A stretch of 64,000 bases of DNA from NCBI GenBank assembly GCA_963715255.1, contig CAVQRN010000005.1, positions 78,564 to 142,563 of the forward strand, given 5' to 3'. Positions 56,983 to 64,000 of this stretch are shown in pieces. The first letter of the stretch is position 1; each line of letters begins with the position of its first letter. The translations under genes were made by a program, and so were the position numbers. This DNA comes from an uncultured Actinomycetota bacterium. GTDB lineage: Bacteria; Actinomycetota; Acidimicrobiia; Spongiisociales; UBA5794. Below the pieces are notes generated by a model. That model searched no databases. It was given only the letters and a program-made list of their open reading frames with translations, and was not told where the DNA came from.

Positions 56983-59061
56983 GTGGCGAAGCAACGGGTC
57001 TACGAACTCGCACGAGACCTTGGCTTGGATTCCAAGGACGTGCTGGAGCGCGCCCAGGAACTCGGAGTCGAGGTGAAGACCGCCTCGTCCGGACTGGACG
57101 AAGACTCGGTCGCGCTCATCCGAAGGTCCTATGAGAAGCGCGCGGTGGAGGAAGTCTCCAGTCCTGAGCCTGAGCCGCAGCCGGAGCCGGAGCCGGAAGA
57201 GCAGACTTCCAGCGACCAGCCACCCGATGCCGGCTCCGAACCAGAAGAAGAGGGTGGGATAGATACCGAGGTTGAGCCGAGCGAGGAGAAGGTGCTTCTC
57301 GTCGAGGCGGGCCTCACGACGCACGAACTCGCGCGTATGACCCAGACCCGGACGGTCCTCATCGTCCAGGCACTCATGGAGATGGGGGAGATGATCCCGG
57401 CGGACGGGACGATTCCAACCGACGCGATCGAAGCACTCGGCCGCAAGTTCGGATACGACCTCCTCGTGGCCGAGAGCGACGAGGAGTTGGTCGAAGAAGA
57501 TCTGGGGCCCACCCATCACATCGTTGAGTACGAGGACGATCCGGCGAGCATGAAGCCGCGCCCCGCGATCGTTACGGTCATGGGCCACGTCGATCACGGG
57601 AAGACCCAACTGCTCGACACGATCCGGAGCGCAAACGTCGTCGAAGGTGAGGCCGGTCGGATCACTCAGCACATCGGTGCATATCAGGCGACAAGCGGGG
57701 GCAACTCGATCACCTTCATCGACACCCCCGGTCACGAGGCATTTACGGCGCTTCGGGCACGGGGGGCGAACGTCACCGACATTGTCATCCTGGTCGTAGC
57801 CGCAAACGACGGTGTCATGCCTCAGACGGTCGAGGCCATCGACCACGCCAGGGCAGCGGATGTTCCGATCGTCGTCGCCATCAACAAGATGGATCTCGAG
57901 ACCGCAGACCCGTATGCCGTGCGGGGTGCGCTCACGCAGCACGGCATTGTCGTCGAGGATCTCGGCGGTGACGTACCGGCCGTCGAGGTGTCGGCGCTGA
58001 AAGGCACCGGCGTTGCGGACCTGCTCGAGATTGTTGCACTCGTCGCGGAGGTGGAAGAACTCACCGCCAACCCGAAAGCTCCTGCCGTGGGGACCGTTAT
58101 CGAAGCACAACTCGAAGTCGGGCGGGGACCGGTGGCCACGGTCATCGTGCAGCGTGGAACCCTGAAGAAGGGCGACGCTATCGCCTGCGGCACCGTGTCC
58201 GGGCGTGTGCGGGCCATGTTCGATGAGCAGGGCAATCAATTGAAGAGTGCCGGTCCGAGTACACCGGTACTCGTATCCGGATGGGGCGAGATTCCGCTCG
58301 CCGGTGACATGTTCCAGGTTGTCAAGGATGAGCGCACGGCGCGCAAGATGGCAGAGGGAGAGGTCGCCAGGAAGCGTTCGGAGGAGTTGACGGTACCGAG
58401 CGCGACGGAGCGACTCACTCAGCTCCTCGAGACTCTGCGAACCGCCGACCATGCCGAATTGCGGATCATCGTGAAGGCCGACACCCACGGATCGCTCGAA
58501 GCCATTCGAGAGTCCGTCGGGAAGATCGCTCGCGAGGACGCTTCGGTGTCCTTCGTCCACGGCGCCGTCGGTGGTATCACAGCGAACGATGTCATGTTGG
58601 CCGAGGCGTCGGAAGCGGTGATCTACGGGTTCAACGCCCGGCCGGACGCGTCAGCGCGAGCCGCAGCGAAAGTGGCCGGGATCGAAGTCAGGACCTTCGC
58701 GATCATCTATGAGCTCCTCGACGACATCGAATTGATGATGGTCGGCGAGCTCGCACCGGACGAGGTCGAGACATTCCTCGGTGTTGCTGAGGTTCGGGCG
58801 ACCTTCCGTTCCCCGCGTTTCGGGTTGATCGCCGGTTGCTACGTCACGGAAGGATCCATCAACCGCAACGCCCGCGCCCGTGTCGTGCGCGATGGTGTTG
58901 TGGTCCACGACGGGAAGATCTCTTCGCTGCGACGGTTCAAGGAAGACCTTCAGCAGGTCCAGACCGGCTATGAGTGCGGTATCGGGATTGCGAACTTCCG
59001 GGACGTGAAGGACGGCGACACGATCGAGTCCTACGTGGTCAAGGAGATTGCCAGAACCTGA
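56983..59061 (+). CDS. infB: translation initiation factor IF-2
   Basis: 692 aa, GTG immediately after the nusA stop. GHVDHGKTQLLD, DTPGHEAF, NKMD. Confidence 0.95.
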   Translation: MAKQRVYELARDLGLDSKDVLERAQELGVEVKTASSGLDEDSVALIRRSYEKRAVEEVSSPEPEPQPEPEPEEQTSSDQPPDAGSEPEEEGGIDTEVEPSEEKVLLVEAGLTTHELARMTQTRTVLIVQALMEMGEMIPADGTIPTDAIEALGRKFGYDLLVAESDEELVEEDLGPTHHIVEYEDDPASMKPRPAIVTVMGHVDHGKTQLLDTIRSANVVEGEAGRITQHIGAYQATSGGNSITFIDTPGHEAFTALRARGANVTDIVILVVAANDGVMPQTVEAIDHARAADVPIVVAINKMDLETADPYAVRGALTQHGIVVEDLGGDVPAVEVSALKGTGVADLLEIVALVAEVEELTANPKAPAVGTVIEAQLEVGRGPVATVIVQRGTLKKGDAIACGTVSGRVRAMFDEQGNQLKSAGPSTPVLVSGWGEIPLAGDMFQVVKDERTARKMAEGEVARKRSEELTVPSATERLTQLLETLRTADHAELRIIVKADTHGSLEAIRESVGKIAREDASVSFVHGAVGGITANDVMLAEASEAVIYGFNARPDASARAAAKVAGIEVRTFAIIYELLDDIELMMVGELAPDEVETFLGVAEVRATFRSPRFGLIAGCYVTEGSINRNARARVVRDGVVVHDGKISSLRRFKEDLQQVQTGYECGIGIANFRDVKDGDTIESYVVKEIART

Positions 59062-59091
59062 TCTCGCCGTCACCGATCGAGGAGGCTCAGG

Positions 59092-59388
59092 ATGCACGTC
59101 GGAGCTCTGCGAATCGAGCTGCGGATTCGAGACGTGCGGTCGCTCAAGGAGAAGCGCAAGGTGGTGAAGGGCATCATCTCCGACATCGGGCGGGCGTACC
59201 CGGTTGCCGTCGCCGAGGTCGATCACCAGGATCTCTGGCAGCGTGCCGACCTCGGGGTTGCTGTGGTATCCGGCTCGCCGGGCCAGGTCGACCGGATGCT
59301 GACCGCTGTTCGGACCGATCTCGACCGTCGCGCCGAGATCGAAGTCCTTGGTGCCACCCGCTCGTATCTCGAGGAGGAGGAACGATGA
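59092..59388 (+). CDS. DUF503 family protein
   Basis: 98 aa: MHVGALRIELRIRDVRSLKEKRKVVKGIISDI. Conserved position between infB and rbfA. Confidence 0.8.
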   Translation: MHVGALRIELRIRDVRSLKEKRKVVKGIISDIGRAYPVAVAEVDHQDLWQRADLGVAVVSGSPGQVDRMLTAVRTDLDRRAEIEVLGATRSYLEEEER

Positions 59389-59759
59389 GCCGTCCCGACA
59401 GCCCGCGGATGCGCAAGGTCAACGAACTACTCAGAGAAGTCATCGCGGATGCAGTCAGAGACCTCAAGGACCCGGGTGTCGGGTTCCTGACGATCACCGG
59501 GGTCAACGCGTCCCCCGACCTCCGGAACGCGTTCGTGTACTACTCGGTGCTCGGTTCCGACGAGGAGGTCGCGGCGACCGCGGAAGCTCTCACCAGGGCT
59601 GCTCCGCACATCCAAGGTATCGTCGGCAGTCAAATCCACATGAAGTACACGCCAAAGCTGACGTTCCGGATCGATCCGTCGATCGGCGAGGGGATCAAGA
59701 TCGATCGATTGCTGCATGACTTCGAGACGGCGAACGGGGATCCCGATGCCTCCGACTGA
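59385..59759 (+). CDS. rbfA: ribosome-binding factor A
   Basis: ATG 59385 (ATGA overlap): MSRPDSPRMRKVNELLREVIADAVRDLKDPGVGFLTITGVNASPDLRNAFVYYSV. In frame with ORF 58974..59759. Confidence 0.9.
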   Translation: MSRPDSPRMRKVNELLREVIADAVRDLKDPGVGFLTITGVNASPDLRNAFVYYSVLGSDEEVAATAEALTRAAPHIQGIVGSQIHMKYTPKLTFRIDPSIGEGIKIDRLLHDFETANGDPDASD

Positions 59760-60711
59760 GCTGGTGTGGCAACAGGCGGTCGAGGAGATCGGTCGGGCAC
59801 AACGGATCGGCATCGTGGGCCACGTTCGACCCGACGGCGATGCACTCGGTTCCATGATTGCCCTGGCCCTCGCCGCACGCAGCGCAGGGAAGGAAGCCGT
59901 CGCGTCGTTCGGGGAACCCTTCGTGCTGGGGGAGGAGTTCCGGTTCCTCGATCAGACCGTGCTCGTTCCGCCGTCCGAATTCCCCGATGATCTGAATCTT
60001 GCAATCGTCTGCGACACCGGAGTCCTGGATCGTGTGGGCTCCGTGGGTTCCGCCATCGAGGGAGCCGATCGAGTCCTCGTCATCGATCACCACGTCACGC
60101 CAGGGACGATCGGCGACGTCCACGTTGTCGACCCTCACGCTGCAGCCACGACGCAACTCGTGTTCGAGTTGCTGCAACGTCTCGGTTGGGAGATCACTCG
60201 ACCGATCGCCGAGGCGCTCTATGTCGGTCTTGTCACCGATACCGGCCGCTTCCAGTACTCATCCACAAGTCCCGAGGTACACCGCATGGCTGCGGATCTC
60301 CTCGCTGCCGGAGTTGAACCGGCACCGATCGGCCGGCAGTTGTATGAAGAAGCGCCGTTCGGCTATTTCACGGTCGTATCCCGAGTCCTGGGCCGGGCAC
60401 GTCTCGAGGAGGGAGCAGGCCTCGTCTGGACGACGCTTCTCCGCGAGGACCTCCAAGCGGCCGGGATCCCCTGGGAGGCGGCCGAGGGGTTGATCGACTT
60501 GGTCCGTCTCGCCACGGAAGCAGGTGTTGCCTGTCTCCTGAAGGAGACGAAGCCCGGGGTCCTGAAGGGGAGCCTCCGCTCTCGCGGCGACGTCGACGTC
60601 GCAGCGATTGCGTCCGCATTCGGGGGCGGAGGACATCGAAACGCTGCGGGATTCACCTCCGAACTGGGAGTCGATGACACGATCGCCCGGATCGTCGGGC
60701 TTCTGACGTGA
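59746..60711 (+). CDS. nrnA: DHH/DHHA1 bifunctional oligoribonuclease / pAp phosphatase NrnA
   Basis: IVGHVRPDGDALGS, VIDHHV, and DHHA1 GGGHRNAAG. Start ATG 59746 or 59716 (track ORF 59716..60711). Confidence 0.85.
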   Translation: MPPTELVWQQAVEEIGRAQRIGIVGHVRPDGDALGSMIALALAARSAGKEAVASFGEPFVLGEEFRFLDQTVLVPPSEFPDDLNLAIVCDTGVLDRVGSVGSAIEGADRVLVIDHHVTPGTIGDVHVVDPHAAATTQLVFELLQRLGWEITRPIAEALYVGLVTDTGRFQYSSTSPEVHRMAADLLAAGVEPAPIGRQLYEEAPFGYFTVVSRVLGRARLEEGAGLVWTTLLREDLQAAGIPWEAAEGLIDLVRLATEAGVACLLKETKPGVLKGSLRSRGDVDVAAIASAFGGGGHRNAAGFTSELGVDDTIARIVGLLT

Positions 60712-61616
60712 AGCGGCCCGGCATCGGCGACGGGTTCCTGCTCGTCGACAAGGAACAGGGTTGGACCAGTCATGACGTCGTGGCGAAGGTCCGTCACCTC
60801 GTCGGGGGGAAAGTCGGCCATGCCGGAACGCTCGATCCGATGGCCACCGGTCTTCTCGTCCTCGGCCTCGGTCGAAGCACCCGGCTGCTGCGCTTCGTTC
60901 AGGGATTCGAGAAGGAGTACCAGGCGACAGCCCTGTTCGGGGTTGCCACCGACTCGCTCGACGCAGATGGGGCCATCATCGACCGCTCCCCGCTTCCGGT
61001 GGACACGGCGGAGTTGGAATCGGTGGCCGAACGGTTCCGGGGTTCGATACTTCAGATCCCTCCCATGGTGTCGGCGAGGAAGGTCGAAGGGAAGCGCCTC
61101 TACGAACTGGCGCGAGCCGGTCAGGTCGTCGAACGCGAGGCCCGGCAGGTCGAGATCTACTCTCTCGTCTTCACCGATCTGGCACCGTCCGACTACCCGG
61201 AAGTCTCGTTCGACGTGGTCTGCAGTACCGGCACCTACGTACGGACGCTCGCCGACGATCTCGCACGGGCACTCGGTGGCCGGGCCCACCTGACGAAGCT
61301 TCGGAGAGTGCGAAACGGAACCCTGGGCGTCGCCGATGCGGTGAGCGTCGACCAGATCGAAGAGGCCGTGGCCGACGGAGCAGTCGGGTCCCTTGTCATC
61401 GATCCCGCTACCGCGCTCTCCGAAATCCCCGGCATCGAGGTCGAATCCTCCTACATCTCTGGGATCCGGAACGGTGTGGCCATCCCGACGGCCATGCTCC
61501 TGAACGGCGGTGACGGAACGATTCAAGGATTTGTTCGTCTGCTCGCCGACGGTGTGCTGCTCGGTGTCTACCGGATCGATGGGCCGTCAGTGAAGCCGGA
61601 GGTCGTCATCGCATGA
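60708..61616 (+). CDS. truB: tRNA pseudouridine55 synthase
   Basis: 302 aa, GTG overlaps the nrnA stop. VGHAGTLDPMATGLLVLGLG catalytic Asp motif. Confidence 0.92.
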   Translation: MKRPGIGDGFLLVDKEQGWTSHDVVAKVRHLVGGKVGHAGTLDPMATGLLVLGLGRSTRLLRFVQGFEKEYQATALFGVATDSLDADGAIIDRSPLPVDTAELESVAERFRGSILQIPPMVSARKVEGKRLYELARAGQVVEREARQVEIYSLVFTDLAPSDYPEVSFDVVCSTGTYVRTLADDLARALGGRAHLTKLRRVRNGTLGVADAVSVDQIEEAVADGAVGSLVIDPATALSEIPGIEVESSYISGIRNGVAIPTAMLLNGGDGTIQGFVRLLADGVLLGVYRIDGPSVKPEVVIA

Positions 61617-62545
61617 TCATCTATCAGGGCGACCCATCCGGGTGGGATGCGCCGTCGGACGGCTCGGCGATCGCGATCGGCGTGTTCGACGGGGTGCACC
61701 TCGGGCACCGACGCGTTCTCGAATCGCTCGACGACGCCGACACGAAGCTCACCAGGGTGGCGATGACCTTCGGCACCCATCCCGCGAGTCTGCTGTCGCC
61801 GGACGGTGCCCCCTCGCGCCTGAGCACACTCAAGCGTCGCTTCGATCTCTTCGAAGACGCCGGCATCGATCGGATTGCCGTGTTGGGCTTCAACGAAGAG
61901 ATGCGAATCATGTCGTCGGAGGATTTCGTTCGCCGGTTCCTGGTCGAAGGCCTGAACGCGCGATTCGTCGTTGTCGGCGTCGGATTCCGATTTGGTCGAG
62001 GCGCCGCCGGGAGCACCGAGACACTCGCCGAGCTTGGGCGGCGGTACGGATTCCAGGTCGAGGTAATCGACATCGCGTGCGACGACGGTACGGAGATTCG
62101 GTCGACCACCATCAGAGAGGCTCTGAGCGTTGGTGACGTCGAGCGTGCGGCGACCATGCTCGGGCGATCGTACGACCTCGAAGGAATCGTCGTTCCGGGC
62201 GATGGACGTGGAAAACAGATCGGGATCCCCACGGCGAACGTGTCGTTCCCTGCGATGCTCACGGTTCCGCGACACGGCGTGTATGCCGCAATCGCGGTCA
62301 TCGACGGTGTCGACCATCCGGCAGTCGCCAACCTCGGGATCCGCCCCACCTTCGGAGGGGAAGATGAAGTCCTCGAGGTCCACGTCCTCGAGTTCGACAG
62401 AGATCTCTACGGCAAGCACCTCAGCATCGAATTCGTCGCACGGATCCACGACGAGATCCGGTTCGATACGGTCGATGATCTGCTTGCCCAGATCCACGAT
62501 GACATCGCGTCTGCGACCGAGACATTGGCCAATCACACCTCTTGA
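61613..62545 (+). CDS. ribF: bifunctional riboflavin kinase / FAD synthetase
   Basis: 310 aa, ATGA overlap with truB. GVFDGVHLGHRRV, and kinase part GRGKQIGIPTANV...LEVHVLEFDRDLYG. Confidence 0.92.
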   Translation: MIIYQGDPSGWDAPSDGSAIAIGVFDGVHLGHRRVLESLDDADTKLTRVAMTFGTHPASLLSPDGAPSRLSTLKRRFDLFEDAGIDRIAVLGFNEEMRIMSSEDFVRRFLVEGLNARFVVVGVGFRFGRGAAGSTETLAELGRRYGFQVEVIDIACDDGTEIRSTTIREALSVGDVERAATMLGRSYDLEGIVVPGDGRGKQIGIPTANVSFPAMLTVPRHGVYAAIAVIDGVDHPAVANLGIRPTFGGEDEVLEVHVLEFDRDLYGKHLSIEFVARIHDEIRFDTVDDLLAQIHDDIASATETLANHTS

Positions 62546-62605
62546 CGGCCGGTCGCTGCCCGTGCATCGTGGTGGCGTCGCCCGCACTCCCCGGGATCGG
62601 ATCCC

Positions 62606-63682
62606 ATGGTGCCGGGTGTCCTCGTTGCCGCCGGTTTCGCTATCGCATCGTTTCTCTCCGTTGTTCCAACGCACACCGTCGTTTGGGCGTTGCCCGTGCC
62701 TACCGCCGCCGGCGCGATCGGTGAATCCCTCGCGCCCGGCGACGGACTCGGACTGGCCCCGTCTCCGGCCTCGCGATCGGGAAGAGCTCCTGGACGGTCT
62801 CCGTTCGTGCCGATCGGCGGTGCGGGCCTCGGCGGAGTGGTGCTTGCCGGCTCGGTCCTCTTCCGTCGCCGCGGTGGAGGTTCTCGCCGAAACACGGGTC
62901 CGCTCTTCGTGTACGTTCCAGGACACGGGGGTGATCCAGATGGCTTCGACGATCTGGCTCGGCGGATCGGTGTGGAGCCGCGCGACGTGCGCGTCTTCGA
63001 CTATCGGTGGGCGTGGGCATCGAGCGACCCGGTCGAGGCATCCCGCTGGGCACCGACCGGAGACGCTGCCGACGCCCTCGGTGCGTACCTTGCGACGCTC
63101 GGCTCCGAAGGGAGAGCGATCTATCTCGTCGGGCACAGCAAGGGAGGAGCGGTGATCACCGAGGTGGTCGGTCGCTGGGACGCCCGTCCGGAGATTGGAG
63201 TTGATGCGGTGGTCGGCGCGGCGATTCTCGATCCGCCAATCGCCGCAGGCCCGCTCGGACTGCTCCAGAGCATCGGCTGGCTCCACGGTGATACGGCGGA
63301 TGACGGTCTCTTCGACCCCGTGCGATGCGGATGGACCGGTTGCCGGGATATCAGGGACGGACTCGGAGAGCGTTCGGGTGTGGAGGTAGTCGTCGTCCGG
63401 AATCCGGATGCCGGATTCACGAACTTCTGGGGCCGCCCCGACGATCTGCGGATCTACGACCTGGACGACGGCGGTGGAAGCATGTTCGGGCGTTTCCCCG
63501 ACCTGGTCGGCATGTGGCAGCGTATGGGCGAGGCACACAACTCGGTGCTGCACAACGACACGGTCGCCGACTGCATCGCGTCGGAAGCTCAGATCGTCGG
63601 TTCCTGTCGCTGGCCGGAGCCGCAAGGCATCGGCGGCCTGTGGGGAAGGGGGAGATCCGGTACCGGGCCGCTCCTTCGGTAG
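62606..63682 (+). CDS. alpha/beta-hydrolase (lipase/esterase-like) with two N-terminal hydrophobic segments
   Basis: 358 aa. Nucleophile elbow VGHSKGG. N-terminal segments VLVAAGFAIASFLSVV and GAGLGGVVLAGSVLF, the latter followed by RRRGGGSRR. Confidence 0.65.
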   Translation: MVPGVLVAAGFAIASFLSVVPTHTVVWALPVPTAAGAIGESLAPGDGLGLAPSPASRSGRAPGRSPFVPIGGAGLGGVVLAGSVLFRRRGGGSRRNTGPLFVYVPGHGGDPDGFDDLARRIGVEPRDVRVFDYRWAWASSDPVEASRWAPTGDAADALGAYLATLGSEGRAIYLVGHSKGGAVITEVVGRWDARPEIGVDAVVGAAILDPPIAAGPLGLLQSIGWLHGDTADDGLFDPVRCGWTGCRDIRDGLGERSGVEVVVVRNPDAGFTNFWGRPDDLRIYDLDDGGGSMFGRFPDLVGMWQRMGEAHNSVLHNDTVADCIASEAQIVGSCRWPEPQGIGGLWGRGRSGTGPLLR

Positions 63683-63686
63683 GAGC

Positions 63687-63718
63687 CCGTCGGCCCGGGA
63701 GGCACCACGGGCCGGCGG
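63687..63718 (+). terminator. GC-rich stem-loop after the hydrolase gene
   Basis: ccgtcggcccg (63687-63697) pairs with cgggccggcgg (63708-63718) over 11 bp including one G-U. 10-nt loop, no U tract. Confidence 0.4.
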
Positions 63719-63820
63719 CGCCCACATGATTCGACGGGCTACGCTCGTTACGCCACAGCGTTGCTATCATCCCGTTTCGGGCAATCGCCCGCGTACTTTG
63801 TCGCGAAGGAAAGAATCCTC

Positions 63821-64000
63821 GTGAACGACACTCAAACCGTCGTCGATGATTTCGGCACGCACGCTACGGACACCGGTTCGCCGGAAGTCCAAGTGGCGCT
63901 GCTCACCGAACGCATCAACCATCTCACCGAGCATCTGAAGGTCCACAAGAAGGACAACCACAGCCGTAGAGGGTTGTTGATGATGGTCGGAAAGCGCAGG
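63821..64000 (+). CDS. rpsO: 30S ribosomal protein S15, 3' end cut by window edge
   Basis: GTG 63821 after gaaggaaag: [60 protein letters not shown]. Confidence 0.9.
   Translation, partial: MNDTQTVVDDFGTHATDTGSPEVQVALLTERINHLTEHLKVHKKDNHSRRGLLMMVGKRR

Noticed and set aside
56788-58560. 590 aa minus-strand ORF
   Set aside because: Antisense to infB, whose GTPase motifs are unambiguous on the plus strand.
61568-63727. 719 aa minus-strand ORF
   Set aside because: Antisense to ribF and the hydrolase gene. No motifs and a strongly biased composition.
1-64000. tRNA, rRNA, tmRNA, riboswitch, transposase/IS, toxin-antitoxin or known defence-system genes
   Set aside because: I scanned the intergenic gaps and small ORFs by eye and saw no cloverleaf-like T-arm/anticodon patterns, no rRNA-like stretches, no DDE/serine/tyrosine transposase text apart from xerC, and no defence-associated domains. 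A covariance-model scan (Infernal/tRNAscan) would be needed to be definitive.

Overview
High-GC, actinobacterial-type core chromosome segment, gene-dense and mostly on the + strand. In order it carries: recG-rsmD-coaD; yceD-rpmF-plsX-rnc-smc-ftsY-cdd; a minus-strand etfBA plus nucleoside-salvage cluster (punA, deoA, an ATL protein, upp); ffh-rpsP-KH-rimM; icmF; a small accessory islet (HIT, DUF222-HNH endonuclease, orphan ATP-grasp protein, lipoprotein, MFS); split F420 FO-synthase cofG/cofH plus a TetR gene; trmD-rplS-lepB-DUF2469-yraN-comM-dprA; a 3.3 kb islet between dprA and xerC; then whiG-rpsB-tsf-pyrH-frr-cdsA-dxr-rseP-ispG-proS-rimP-nusA-infB-rbfA-nrnA-truB-ribF-rpsO. I found no rRNA, tRNA, CRISPR array, transposase or recognisable defence system. 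Three things are not explained by ordinary annotation. (1) A family of 7-8 nt tandem-repeat arrays, often inverted into long perfect hairpins, sits at 10 or more gene ends. (2) A 7.5 kb block (about 10.8-18.2 kb) is saturated with reading-frame disruptions, including essential ffh and rpsP, and about a dozen isolated single-base frameshifts occur elsewhere; these are most likely consensus errors. (3) A duplicated dprA 3' fragment brackets the dprA-xerC islet. I cannot support a convincing novel multi-gene system. The repeat family is the best candidate for something undescribed. All coordinates and counts were derived by eye from the sequence and the ORF track.
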